The notes: a model not told the origin generated them from the letters alone. DNA of 64,000 bases from Octopus sinensis (GCF_006345805.1 NC_043001.1:105028001-105092000); one strand, 5' to 3'. Positions 13,474 to 26,862 are shown, counted from the stretch's first letter. Translations and numbers: made by a program.

Positions 13474-14119
13474 ATATTATATATATATATGTAGAAGGTT
13501 GAAAAGGAACACACGAGTTGATATGTATGGAAAAAAGTCAAGGTAGAAAGTGCTAAAATAATTTTATAAAAACATCTCAGCAACGGTTTCGCTCATTGAG
13601 ACTTTTTCAACTGTAAGCATGGAAAACGATTAAATTTTGGAAAAATTAAAAGAAAGTTTTTTAAAAGAATATTTGCATAGTATTCAAATACAAGGGACAT
13701 TTTCTTTGTGTCTGCCTGTCTCTGTTTCTCTTGTTTACTCTTGTGGGTTCGAGGACGTTGTGAATTCTTGGTAGACAAGAAGAAGAAGAAGAAGAAGAAG
13801 AAGAAGGAGGAGGAGGAGGAGGATATCGTTTGATTAACAAGAAGAATCCATAATAATCATATACGTGTCGTGTTTGTATGGAACATCACATTTGTGAATT
13901 CGTTACAAGATGGAAAATATTAGTCAAATGAAAGGTAATAATGTTGGTTTACTGTTGACACTGAGTTGTGATTTTATAGATCTAGTAGACAAATATTGGT
14001 TGGTAGTAAATAAACTTGTAAGTCATTGTCTGTGTCTCTCTTTGCTTACACAGTCTGTCACCTCTCTCATTTGTATAGAAATCTCTACGCAAACGTATCT
14101 ACACATTCACCTAACTGTC

Positions 14120-14270
14120 ACGCTGTCGATCAAGCGAACAGACTTCTCTTCAAATTAACGTGCAGCTAAGCTCTCCAATAAAACGCGTACACTTACGGTA
14201 GTTCTCAGGGAGATTCTTCGTGATAGACCGAATGTGACCAGGCTGTCACTTTGAACTACAGATACAGCTT
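14120..14270 (-). mobile_element. SINE family B 3' fragment
   Basis: Reverse complement aligns with the body of the 4916 element (GAGAACTAC..GCACGTTAATTT). Confidence 0.65.
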
Positions 14271-14475
14271 TTTCATTATAGAAATATCATTTACCGTTGT
14301 ACTTCGTCTGGAACCATACACTTCCTAGGTCCACCATTAATGCTTCTGTGTCATCATAGCCTTAACTATCCAAATTTGTGTAGCTACATCGCTTACGGTT
14401 TAGAATATATATAATAGCATATACACAACACATATATACATACATACATACATACATACATACATAAATACATAC

Positions 14476-14635
14476 AGGAATGGCTGTGTGGTAAGGAGCT
14501 TGCTTCCCAACCACATGGTTCCGAGTTCAGTCCTACTGCGTGGCACATAGGGTAAGTGTCTTCTACTATAACCTCGGGCCTACCAGAGCCTTGTGCGTGG
14601 ATTTGGTAGATGAAACTAAAATAAGCCCGTCATAT
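14476..14635 (+). mobile_element. SINE family A, 5' half
   Basis: Head homology. Confidence 0.85.
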
Positions 14636-14727
14636 ACACACACATCACATATATATATATATTCCTGTCGCCAAAATACTAATCATTTTTGTTTCATTTT
14701 GTTTCATTTGCTAAGATACACTTATAT

Positions 14728-14800
<73 letters not shown>

Positions 14801-14939
14801 GTATATATATACACACACGCATAAATGATTTTATGTCCGTGTATATAATGCTATTATTCCATTAGCATTGTTAGTATCGCCTTTAAGATGTACCCAACAC
14901 TTGGGCCCCTCTTGGTAACCGTCCACAACATAAATCACA

Positions 14940-15135
14940 CTCGCATCTCATAACAACAATACCGCACAATTATTTCACCTCACTTGGCCCCGCTCTCTTT
15001 AGCATTACCCCAAAACACATTAAAGCAGAAACAGACCCCATACATTTCAAGAAGTGTTTGGATAAATTATTTCAAGAAATCCTGGATAAACCTTCTACAT
15101 CTAGATATGTCTCCGTAAACAATAACTCTCTCCTC
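14940..15135 (+). mobile_element. CR1-like LINE 3' fragment
   Basis: Frameshifted GPALF..PKHIK..FKKCLDKL..EIP.KP..NSLLD-type C-terminus. Confidence 0.55.
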
Positions 15136-15293
15136 GACTGGGCTATGTTGTCCGATTCCGGATATGAATGACTTCGCCAGGAGGAGCTATTAAGTTTGAC
15201 ATGGCCTGGGCTAATACTGGCCGAAAACTATCGAAGTATCAAAGTATATATGTATACATGTATATTTCTACATGCGTACTATATATGTTGATA

Positions 15294-15329
<36 letters not shown>

Positions 15330-15416
15330 TAGATAGATAGAATTTTATTAAATTCCTAAAATTGAAATGTCTTAGATTTACTTCTGTGCTGTTTTCCAAT
15401 CCATCTTATATATATA

Positions 15417-15455
<39 letters not shown>

Positions 15456-16675
15456 TATCATATATATATTACATACATACAATACCACATACACCAACAC
15501 ACATATAATATATATATATACACACACATACATATATATAAATGTATATGTATATATGTGTATGTATGTATATATGTACGTACTTGTGCATACATACATT
15601 CACATACACACAAATACATACATACACACATATAACATACACATACAGATACACACGAAATGCATATATATATATATATATAGATATATATATATATATA
15701 TATTATGTTTGTATGCATACATATATATACACATATATATATATATATATGGTTACAGGTGCAATATGAATAAATGAGAAAGAAATTTTCTCGAGCGACA
15801 TCATACGCAGCATATCACTGAGACAGATGTCGATTCTGAGAAGATTTTCTAATCAACACATCAAACGACGCAAGGCTAAAAACAGTGAAAAAATCGATAG
15901 GATGTATGAAGTGTCTGAATGTGTCTTGTTTCAAGCAGTTATTTCGCCAAAAGAAACATCAGTCATTCACAAAAATATCTTAAAAGTACATCAATATTCA
16001 TAGTGTCATGGCTTTTGTTTAGAATATTTGAGACATTTAACGTTTATCCGTTATTTAGCTGTGGGTCATCATAGCTGGAACAGAGTTATCATCAAAGACT
16101 TATATGCTTCTACCGTTTCCATGTATTTTGCTATTCTTTTATGTATAGTGTGTGGAACCATATTCTTCAATGCTTCCTGTGTTTCTTTCCTTATTTTCTT
16201 TAATAGCAGGGTGCATTTTGATGTGATTTGGCAAGACTTTTCTGGTCGAACACCTCCATAATTGGTTTCTCGTTGGATTGTTTATTTTCTTGCTGATTAT
16301 CGGCATATATTCACAAGTTTTATATAAATTGTACGTAAAAGTGTTTGAAAAACACTAATGAAACTTAATATACCGCATCATGTTTATTTATGATATATTT
16401 ATAACGCCATTGGTGATATGTGGCCAACGGGGCAGCCATTATTTCACAATTTTGTGTTAGTAGGTGTAATCAGAGTGTGTTTGTTTTTCCACCTCTTTCG
16501 ATTTTCTCAATGATGTTTCCAGCCTCCGGGATATGCAGCGGTAAAAATGAGATAAACACACACACACAGACACACACACACATACACACACTTGAATACA
16601 AGTATACTTACGCATACACGCAACCAAGCCCCTCCATGCTTACATACAGATACATAATTACATATAATTTAATAA

Positions 16676-17013
16676 AATAGAATCAACAGAAAGGAGTACG
16701 TTTAGACAGCTATTTAATAAACACTACACCTATTTCAATACGACATAGACCCATATATACATAAGATTTAAATTAATCAACGATTTCACCTGTATAATGG
16801 GACCCAGTTTTGTCACCTCAGCATCGAAGTCAAAGGTTACACTAACGAGGACAACAATTATATATCACCTTAGGAGACACAACTGGATCCCATTATACAG
16901 GTAAACCGTTGCTTAATTTAAATCTTGTGTATATGTGGGTCTATGTTGTATCGAAACAGGTGTAGTGTTTATTAAATAGATGTCTAACCATACACCTTCT
17001 TGTTGACCCTATT
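16676..17013. mobile_element. Fold-back / long-TIR element (~134-bp diverged arms)
   Basis: 16676-16809 vs 16881-17013 inverted, clearly diverged. Confidence 0.7.
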
Positions 17014-17208
17014 GTATTCAATTTTATTTTCACATACAAACAATGTCTAAACCTAGACTTTGAAGTATACCGTAATACTACGAGCTATTTGGTAATTCTC
17101 AGGGTCAATGATCTCTATTTTGTACTCTAAAACGTTCCTAATGGAATACACCTTGAATATAATTACATAAATGTATCTATATGTGTATGTATATGTATGT
17201 ATATTGCT

Positions 17209-17595
17209 TTATTACCTCCGCCTTGGGGAAGGCCAAGGTATCGTTTTTCAGTCGTGTTTGTTTGTTTGTTTGTTTGTTTGTTTGTCTGAAGACAAGATAG
17301 CTCAAGAACCGCTGGATGGATTCGGATGAAGCCTTCAGGGATATTCAACCTCTTGACTCGCATGACTGATTAGATTTTGGGATCGACCCGGTACCGGACA
17401 AGGATTCTGGATTATTTATCCTGTTTTTTTTTACTTAATTTTTGAGAGTGGTCGGGTTCATTTAAATTATTCTCGTTTGTGTGAACAGTCGTGTTTATTT
17501 CAGATATTCTCGTTTTAAAAATCATCTCCGGCTAATTGTTGAGTGGACGTTGGTGTTACCTTGACGGAGGGTTTTGCTCTGTGTGTGCTTTGTCT
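17209..17595 (+). mobile_element. Non-autonomous Helentron-type element (HINE-like)
   Basis: 5' TTATTACCTCCGCC, (TTTG)n after the 5' end, subterminal inverted GACGGAGG near the 3' end, decayed 3' hairpin. Confidence 0.7.
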
Positions 17596-17596
17596 C

Positions 17597-17956
17597 TTAC
17601 TTGTTTCAGACATTGTGTTGTGGCCATGCTGGAGCGCCGTCTTGAAAGATTTCCGACGATTTAATCGACCACAGTACTTATTTTAAAACTTAGTACTTAT
17701 CGAATTTCTTGCCGAAACGCTAAGTTACGGAGAGGCAAACAAACCAACACTGTTTGTTGATCAAACACAGACACACAATCATATATATATATATATACGT
17801 ATGCAGTGGGCTTCTTTCAGTTTCCATCTACCATATCCACTCACAAAGCTTGGTCGGCCCGAGACTATAGAAGAAGACACTTGGCCAAGGTGCCACTTAG
17901 TGGCACTAAACCCAGAACCATGTGATTGCTAAGCAAGCAACTTACTACTCAGCCAT
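17597..17956 (-). mobile_element. SINE family A, diverged full length
   Basis: Head and tail homology. Confidence 0.85.
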
Positions 17957-18143
17957 ATATATACACACACACACACGTATGGAGAAAATCACATTTTTAA
18001 ATGTAGAATTCCCTTTACAAAACCAACAATTGTTTCTATTATGGCCTGTATGGATATATGTATGTATGCATGTATACATGTATGTATGTATGTATGTATG
18101 TATGTATGTATGTATGTATGTATGTATGTATCTGTATATATGT

Positions 18144-18185
<42 letters not shown>

Positions 18186-18721
18186 ATATATATATATATC
18201 TATCTATCTATTATATATCTATATATCTATATCTATCTATATATCTTATCTATCTATATATCTATCATATATACATAAATGTAAACGCTTTTGGTAGTAT
18301 GTAGAATATTACATTGGTAATAATAAGGTTAGTCAGAAGGAACAAATGAATTGTTCCCTGGATTATCTATATACAGGAGGTCTTCAAAATTTCCAAGGAA
18401 ATGAAACGAAATGGAATAAAATAAAATAAAATCAAGTCGAATAATTACGTAATCATATTTAAGAATTTTTACTCTGACATTTGAGAATCCGCTAGATAAA
18501 AAAAGAAACATCAGAAAATTCTCAAGTGCTAGACAATAAATTATTAAAGGTAACAAAAGCAAATTTTCTACTAAATTTTATTTTATCCTATTTTAGTTCG
18601 CTTCTATTCCATTTCATTTCATTTCCTCAGAAAATTTAAATACTTTCTCTACCTGTCTGCAAATTAAATAAGGAACAGTTCCTTTATTTCATCAGACTAA
18701 CCTTAATATTTTTTCTAAGAC

Positions 18722-19128
18722 AAGGCGGAGAGTTGGCAGAGTGGTTAGCACGCCGGGCGAAATGCTTAGCAGTATTTCGTCTGCCGCTACATTCTGAGTT
18801 CCTATTTCGCCGAGGTCGACTTTGCCTTTCATTCTTTCGGGGTCGATTAAATAAGTAGCAGTTACACACTGGGGTCGATATTATCGACTTAATCCGTTTG
18901 TCTGTCCTTGTTTGTCCTCTCTGTGTTTAGCTCCTTGTGGGCAGTAAAGAAATAGGTATTTCGTCTGTCTTTACGTTCTGAGTTCAAATTCCTCTGAGGT
19001 CGATTTTACCTTTCATTCTTTCGGGGTCCATAAATTAAGTACGTGTTGCGTATTGACGTTGATCTGGCCCCCTCCTTCAAAAATTCTTGTTTGTCCCCTC
19101 TGTTTAGTCCCCCGTTGGCAATAAAGAA
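18722..19128 (+). mobile_element. tRNA-derived SINE family C, partial dimer
   Basis: GGCGGAGAGTTGGCAGAGTGG head, GAGTTCAAATTC B-box-like motif; body repeated from ~18957; tail GGGCARTAAAGAAATA. Confidence 0.8.
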
Positions 19129-19163
19129 TACATATATATATACTTCTTTACACTCACGAAAAG

Positions 19164-19208
<45 letters not shown>

Positions 19209-20255
19209 TAGATAGATAGATACGTATATAGAAAGAGAGGGATGAGAAGAGAGAGAGAGAGAGAGAGAGAGCGTATACACTTAAAATGTCGTCGACATTT
19301 CAGAGATGCAATTCATGTTTTCAAAGAGTTTGTCCACGTTTTCAATTATCATCAAAGATAGAAAATGGAAAGTAAATTTTTGTTGTAGTCTTTTTGTTCT
19401 TTTTATAAATGTGTTTTTTAAATTCAAAATTGCTTATATCTGTAAAACTATCAGAATCTATCCTCTGGAAATAATCGGAAGGATAGCGTCTTAGAAGACT
19501 TACTCTATGAAGTTCAACAACAGCAAAAAAGTAAAAAGCCACTTTCTCAGCTATACACATGCAAATCGTTATCTTTATTAAAAGTTCTGCTATACTGTAA
19601 ATGTCTAGCAATAGCGTGTAGTGTGTGGACTGCGAGCTAATGTACTAAATGCAACCGCAAATCTCCGTTGAGAGATTCTTTGGGCAATCAGCCCAAATAT
19701 CTGGGCTATTTCTATTATTATGCAATATCGTTTCTTCAGCTAACCTTTACATTGGTATTTATCTTGTTTCTTTTCAAATAAAGAAGCGGTGATGTTTAAA
19801 ATTAGTCGAACGCAAGCTTGAAACCTGTCAAGCTGTCATGTTTCGTTCATTGGCTTTTTATTATATTTTTGGCAACAAACTGACCAACATCTGTAACAGA
19901 GAATAAGACATTTCTTTATACATCAGTACATCAGTTCAATAACAATATTCTTGGGGGCAATGCGACCTCCAAAACGATTTTATTCCGTTGTAAATATGTT
20001 ACAAGTTCATTTTCTTTACTTGTTTCGAATCAGGTTCGACTCATCCTTGACTTTCTCAACAAAGTTTCACGTTAATACAAACACACGGACAAAGGTATGT
20101 ATGTATGTATGTATGTATGTATGTATGTATGTATGTATGTATGTATGTATGTATGTATGTATGTATGTATGTATGTATGTATGTATGTATGTGTGTGTGT
20201 GTGTGTGTGGTGTGTGTATGTATTTAAAACACCATCTACATTCATGTTTGCTATA

Positions 20256-20468
20256 CAGTAATCTCTCGACTCTCCTGAGTGTTACGTTCCAGCCCACCCC
20301 ACCGCGGTTGGTGAAAATCCGCGAAGTAGAAGCAATACTGTATTTTTTTTATTATTTTTATAATTTGTTTATATTTTATTATAAATGCAAAACTATACCA
20401 CAGAGGAATCGACATAAGCTAAATCATAAACCGCGATAGGTGAAACGCGATGTGGCGTGAGGTTATTG
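20256..20468. mobile_element. Tigger/pogo-like MITE
   Basis: CAGTAATCTCTCG.. and ..CGTGAGGTTATTG termini, TA on both sides, internal CCGCGATAGGTGAAA repeats. Confidence 0.7.
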
Positions 20469-20588
20469 TACTTACATATATGCGTGTGTGTGCTTGTGAG
20501 CATGTATAATTCCATATATATATATATATGAAAAAAGGTTGAAAATGCAATAACTTTTAGAGATGTTTATTGACTTGACCGGTTTGTA

Positions 20589-21013
20589 AAGCTTTATATA
20601 AGCTTTGTTGTGTTAAGTACTGGTTATCACAAAACTATTAATATACAGTTATACATTCTTTGATAATGATAAGGAAATGTTAAAAACCGTTTATAAGGAA
20701 GTATTCAAGAAAATATTCAGAACGGAGCTACAATAAATATTATGAGGCAGTTGTTTCTCTCAAATTTTTTGCAAATTCTTAATATCTCCTCTTCCCCCGT
20801 CTCTCTCTCTCTATCTCTCTCTCTATATATATATATACTACCAAACAAACATGATTTTTATTGAATTCCTAATATTTTTTGTTGAATACTTTCTGAAATA
20901 CTTTCTTGTAAACTGGTTTTAACATTTCCTTATTATTATTAGAGAATGTATAGCTGTATTTTAATACTTTTGTGACTGCCAGTACTTAACACAACAAAAC
21001 TTATACGAAGCTT
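20589..21013. repeat. Diverged ~130-bp inverted repeat
   Basis: 20589-20720 vs 20880-21013 (e.g. TTGTTGTGTTAAGTACTGG / CCAGTACTTAACACAACAA). Confidence 0.75.
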
Positions 21014-21225
21014 TACATTTTACTTTTGATAATCTTTTTTCTAAAAAACGTGAAACCAGTCAAGACAATAAACATCTCCAAAAGTCCATTGCATTTTCAA
21101 ATCTTCTTTCATATATATTTTCACTCGTGGGTTCTTTACAACTTTACTTTGTTATGTGACCTCGTGTGTATCGTTGGCGGTTTTCTTTCTCCGTCCTCCC
21201 TTCCTTGGACTTTTCCTCTTTTCTA

Positions 21226-21261
21226 TATTTCTGACGAAGAGCGCCACTCGAAACGTTAAAA
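21226..21261 (+). ncRNA. Minimal hammerhead motif in PLE-like terminus (~21160-21360)
   Basis: TTT-CTGACGA-A-GAG cgcca CTC-GAAA-CGTT-AAAA; element ends at (TA)n. Confidence 0.6.
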
Positions 21262-21361
21262 CCTCCTTTTTTCTTTCCTTTCATGAGCGTCTAATAACAC
21301 TACTTGTTCCACGTTCTCGCGTTGTTGTGTCTTCTCTTTGTTCATGTTTGGATTATCTTTG

Positions 21362-21404
<43 letters not shown>

Positions 21405-22449
21405 TGTGGCCTGTCTGTGTGTGTGTGTATGTGTGTGTATGTGTGTGTGTATGTGTGTGTGTGTATTTGTGTTTGTGTTTGTATGTGTGTGTGCAGAGAG
21501 AGAGGAGAGAGAGGGAGAGGGAAAGAAAGAGAGAAAGTGAGAGAAATATGTTCTTATTTGTTTCGTGTAAAAGTGTTATATATATATATTATATATATAT
21601 ATATATATCTATATATATGTATGTATGTATGTATGTATATATATATATCTAATATTTTACAATTTTTTCAAAAGAGAGGCAACATTATTATCGACATATT
21701 TTTGCAGCAAAAAAAAAAACATAGACGTTGAAAGTATAGAAGATCAAATTATCGAGAAAAACCCCCACCCACAACTACATCAAGCGGTAAACAATGAAAA
21801 AAAAAAGTGGGTGGAATTAATCACCAGAAGACGGAAGGGGGGAGGTATCGGCGTGTATAACCCTAAGCAGGTGTGCGTGTTCAACCATGCCATGCGGCCG
21901 AGAATAAGGAACGACACTTGTTACAGCATCCACGCCTCCTGGCGGGGCTCATTTCTCAGTGGGGCAATTGCAATCCCTATTTTACAGAGGAAACTAGCAA
22001 TGCGGGTTCCGAGAACAACTGAAGTCTCGAAGTTAGAAGCGAGACGCGAGAGAATCTGGTATTGATTAGAAATATCGATATTGTTTTAACGTTTTTTTTT
22101 CTCTCAGTGAAGTTACTTCAAACGAATATATATCGAAAATATTAATTAGTTGCTCAGTTAATTAGTTTAGTCGTTGATCATTTAGCTTTTTGGTTTGTTT
22201 TTCTTGCAAATGGTTACCTATATGAGTGAAATATAAACAAAAACGAACACACGGTGTGATGTATGATCGATGAAGAATATCAACCGTAGTTATTCCTTTA
22301 TTATAGTGAGTAAAAACTGTCAAAGAATTCATGAATGAAGCTGAAGTGAGGAAATTTGGTAATGCAGACCGGGGCCTGTTCTCTTCAAGCCGGAGAATAA
22401 GATAGCAATAGTAGATCAAATACATCAAATGGTATGGCTGAGTCCAGTC

Positions 22450-22617
22450 GACCCTGGGTTCATTACCATATTGTTACAACCCTGGGTTCATTGCCATATT
22501 GTTACGACCGTGGGTTCATTACCATATTGTTACGACCGTGGGTTCATTACCATATTGTTATAATCCTGAGTTCATTACCTTATTGTTACGACCGTGGGTT
22601 CATTACCATATTGCTAC
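22450..22617. repeat. 28-bp minisatellite, 6 copies
   Basis: Unit GACCGTGGGTTCATTACCATATTGTTAC. Confidence 0.95.
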
Positions 22618-23053
22618 GAGGGAAACTTGAGATAAAGTAGATTAAACAAAACTCGAATTCGGCTGATTAACAATGAGTCCCAGCATTGTAAACGTCTGAC
22701 ACGGTTTTTAGGAAGCAGTTTTTCGTAAGATTATTTTATAATACAGAAGACAAGAACACGGCTTCACACTGCAATGAATTCTATTAGGTTGAAGTTAAAT
22801 CTCTGTAGAATCTAACAAGAAGCGTATCACAGTCAGTATAACAGCCAACTCTAGAGCAGACCTATAAATATCAGACATTTAGGCAACAAATATAACTCAT
22901 TGAATGTGTTAGTGAGATTCGTTGATATATATTAACTTCCATATAGAGATATCTTATAACCAACGAAGGTCCTGATATATGATCGATCGAACTGCAGAAC
23001 ACAGAAGACTAACGTTATCCAATTCATATCTAAAGTTGTATTATGCAGTCCTA

Positions 23054-23424
23054 TATATACGGTATGTTCATAACAAAGAGGAAATCCAGTTCTATATTGA
23101 AGAGATGAGAAATTATATACATTATTTACATTTGACGGATATTAGTCCTCATCTTGTTTGTTGTTAAACGTTTCGACTGATATACCCTCCATAGCCTTCA
23201 TCAGGTGTCTTGGGGAAATTTCGATCCTAGGTTCACATTCCTAACGTATTTTTCGATGTTATTATTAGTATCATTATTCAGGTCTGCCTAGAATCGAACT
23301 AGGTATCTTGGGGTTAGTAGCCCGCGCTCTTAACCATTAGGCCATATCTCCAAGACACCTGATGAAGGCTGGAGGGTACATCAGCCGAAACGTTGTGTTA
23401 GCAACAAACAAGATGACAACAACT
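23054..23424. mobile_element. Short PLE-derived insertion (tRNA-like head + HHR, plus inverted HHR piece) inside a 56-bp direct duplication
   Basis: Identical 56-mers at 22998-23053 and 23425-23480; minus-strand tRNA-like head 23277-23346 and HHR 23164-23211; plus-strand HHR 23354-23399. Confidence 0.8.
23354..23399 (+). ncRNA. Minimal type I hammerhead ribozyme
   Basis: GACAC-CTGATGA-A-GGCTG loop CAGCC-GAAA-CGTT-GTGTT. Confidence 0.75.
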
Positions 23425-24095
23425 AACACAGAAGACTAACGTTATCCAATTCATATCTAAAGTTGTATTATGCAGTCCTAATAATAAATAATAAATAATA
23501 CAAATAATAAAAACGAAATTGGCATATCTCGAAAACCAGTTACGAAAAGTTTGCTTGTTCATCTCTGATAGGTGTCAACACCCGAACAACGGTATTTTTA
23601 GAGTAATACAAGTGAGGCTCTGAAATAAGATTTAGCAAACGTCCATCTTATCGTAAGCACATTAAATGAAAATGTGCGGAGAAGAAATGACAGGTGTGTA
23701 TGGCACTGTGCTCATACATGAAAGAAGGATTTATAAATGTCACAGTATGAATAGAAGCGGTTTTATAATAACCGGCTGGTGTCATCATATAATGTCTATA
23801 ATATGAATAATATACCAGATAAAATTTTCAATATCATGAAAATGTAAAACGACATCAATCAAAATCTGTTTCTGCCCTCTTGCTCCCTTATTTCAACGTC
23901 TTACTCCATATGTTGGTATGAATACCATCCTCCCAGGCTTACTATTTGTCACTATCTGTCGCTTTATATATTTATGACGCCTACATCATCACGTGCTTGT
24001 TCTATGTGCTATATGTGTTGTTTGCATACGCATATATATAATATATATATATATTATATATATATATATATATAGCATATATATATATGCATATA

Positions 24096-24148
<53 letters not shown>

Positions 24149-24179
24149 TATATGTATATATATATGTATAATATATATG

Positions 24180-24214
<35 letters not shown>

Positions 24215-24227
24215 TATATTATATATG

Positions 24228-24263
<36 letters not shown>

Positions 24264-24280
24264 ATATATATATGTATATA

Positions 24281-24320
<40 letters not shown>

Positions 24321-24394
24321 TAAATATATGAATATTTTACGTTTTTGTCTGTGTGTATATATACAATATATATACATATATGTATAATATAATC

Positions 24395-24452
24395 TCTTTG
24401 TCTGTCTTTGTTTGTCCCCTTTATGTTTAGCCCCTTGTGGGCAATAAAGAAA
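24395..24452 (+). mobile_element. Solo 3' tail of SINE family C inside (TA)n
   Basis: Matches 18900-18953. Confidence 0.65.
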
Positions 24453-24710
24453 TATATATATGTATATATATATATACACGTAATATATTCATAAATGTAT
24501 TTATCTATGTACACACACACATACACACAGAGACATATGTGGATTTGGCAGGTGCACATATAAACAAACAATAAATTTGGGAAGTCTCCATTATACATTA
24601 TATACACTTATGGTTATTTGTGGCTACACACACAGCAATACACTACAGCACATCATGCATGCATGAGCTTATGTGTATGCATGCATACGTATACATATCC
24701 ATGTATACAT

Positions 24711-24749
<39 letters not shown>

Positions 24750-25544
24750 AAGATACATTGCACGCAAACACTCGCACAGTCACATGTATACATACACATG
24801 CACACGCACATACTTATATACATACATACTTATAGAGAGACAGACAAACATATATACAAGTGTGTGTGTTTGTATGTTTGTGTGTTTGTGTGTTTGTGTG
24901 TGTGTGGTGTGTGTGTGTGTCTGCAAGACGTGTAGAGCAAAGAAGGAAAAATCTGGTAGAAAATTAAGAAGCGAAAAATAGCTATTGGAAGTGTTCACCT
25001 ATCTTGAAATCTAGGTTCCTTTCTCGAGTGGAGAAGATAAGCAGACGATTTTCACTGAGAAACATGCAACAGACGAGAGTAATCTAAATAGAAATATCTA
25101 TTATATATGTTTTTAAAGTAGTGCTTTTGTTAAATATCTGATGAATATTTTAGAAATTCTTCCCAGTCTATTTTCATCAAAATAGCTTCATCCACTTCTC
25201 CTTCGCTTTTTCGCCATTTATTTATTATATGCCTCCGCATTGCATCTTTCGCTTTCTCTCCATCATTTTCAGTTTTATTTACTCATCATCATTCCTTCTC
25301 TCTTCAATTCTCTCTTTCTCTACGTGTATACACGTGTGCACGTGCAGGAATATATATATATGCGTGTGTGTATGCGTTTGTATGCACACACATACATATA
25401 TATATATATACGTATGTATGTATATATTTATCCAATAACTTTATATACACTTACACACACGCACATATATAGACACATCCATATATGTATATGTATATCT
25501 ATCTCTCGCTCTCTCTCTCTCTCTCTATCTCTTTCTCCCTCCCC

Positions 25545-25577
<33 letters not shown>

Positions 25578-25578
25578 C

Positions 25579-25623
<45 letters not shown>

Positions 25624-26214
25624 GCGCACGCACACACACACACACATATAAATACATACGTATATACGAATATATAGTTGTCCTATAACTTTTCGTACGC
25701 CAAGATACAACAGATTTTGTGAGTATATATTATTAATGCTGTGTTATTAAATGAATAGCATAACACATACAATTCATGTTACCGAACGATTTTGTGTTAT
25801 AGATTCTTCAAACACTGCAGAGCAAATTTACCACCGAGTACAGGTGTATAGTTCAGACTTTATTTTACTGGATATATGAGATCATTTGTTTTACAGTTCG
25901 CAGAAATTTAGTAACTGAAATAGAACAAAACTCAGTGAAAAAGAACAACACAGAAGCTACCGAAGCTACCGTTAGTCGAATGATCTCCGACATGTCCTCC
26001 GCAGAATAGTAGAGCATAGACTCAGCATTCACATACTATATCATTAATGCCATTAGTTTTATATCCGACCCAGTTACATGAAAATAAAGCGCTACAATAT
26101 GATTACATGGTTCATGTCCGCATTTTCTCTTAATGTTAAAAATTTCCGTTAATAGGATCTTTCTTAGTAGATGAGAAATTTCCAGAGACACGTAAGTAAA
26201 TAAATATTTTCAAC

Positions 26215-26600
26215 AAGGAGTAGCTGTGTGGTAAGTAGCTTGTTTACCAACCACATGGTTCCGGGTTCAGTCCCACTGCGTGGCACCTTGGGCAAGTGTC
26301 TTCTACTGTAGCCTCGGGCCGACCAAAGCCTTGTGCGTGGATTTGGTAGACGGAAACTGAAAGAAGCCCGTCGTATATATGTATATATATATATGCGTGT
26401 GTGTGTTTGTGTGTCTGTGTTTGTCCTCCCGGTGTTTATGTCACCGTCACTTAGCGGTTCGGCAAAAGAGACTGATAAAATAAGTACTGGGCTTACAAAA
26501 AGAATAAGTCCCGGGGTCGAGTTGCTCGATTGAAGGCGGTGCTCCAGCATGGCCGCAGTCAAATGACTGAAACAAGTAAAAGAGTAAAAGAGTAAAAGAG
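26215..26600 (+). mobile_element. SINE family A, full length
   Basis: Near-consensus head; (AGTAAAAG)n tail. Confidence 0.92.
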
Positions 26601-26700
26601 AGAGTAACAAGAACACCTCGGTGGTTTCTTCTTGCTTCGCACATAACTTGACATAAATCGTACTAAGTAGGCGTAGCGTCATATCAGTGAGACAATATGA

Positions 26701-26862
26701 CTTCTGTCTTTACGTTCAGCGTTTAAATTCCGCGAAGGTCGATTTTACCTTTCATCCTCTCGGGGTCGATAAATTAAGTACCAGTTGCGTATCGGTGTCG
26801 ATCTAACTGACTGGCTCCTCCTCAAAAATTTTGCGCCTTGTGTCTAGAGTAAAAATGAATAT
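26701..26862 (+). mobile_element. SINE family C fragment
   Basis: Homology to 18960-19080. Confidence 0.75.

Noticed and set aside
13578-13614. Minus-strand hammerhead-like remnant
   Set aside because: Core reads TTGAAAA; too degenerate to call
21625-22065. 146-aa ORF in a GC-richer patch
   Set aside because: Starts in a microsatellite; no recognisable motif or splice support
22450-22617. CRISPR-like 28-bp repeats
   Set aside because: No spacers, no cas genes, eukaryotic context
25873-26036. Short minus-strand open frame YVNAESMLYYSAEDMSEIIRL..
   Set aside because: Protein-like but splice sites are ambiguous and no homology is recognised
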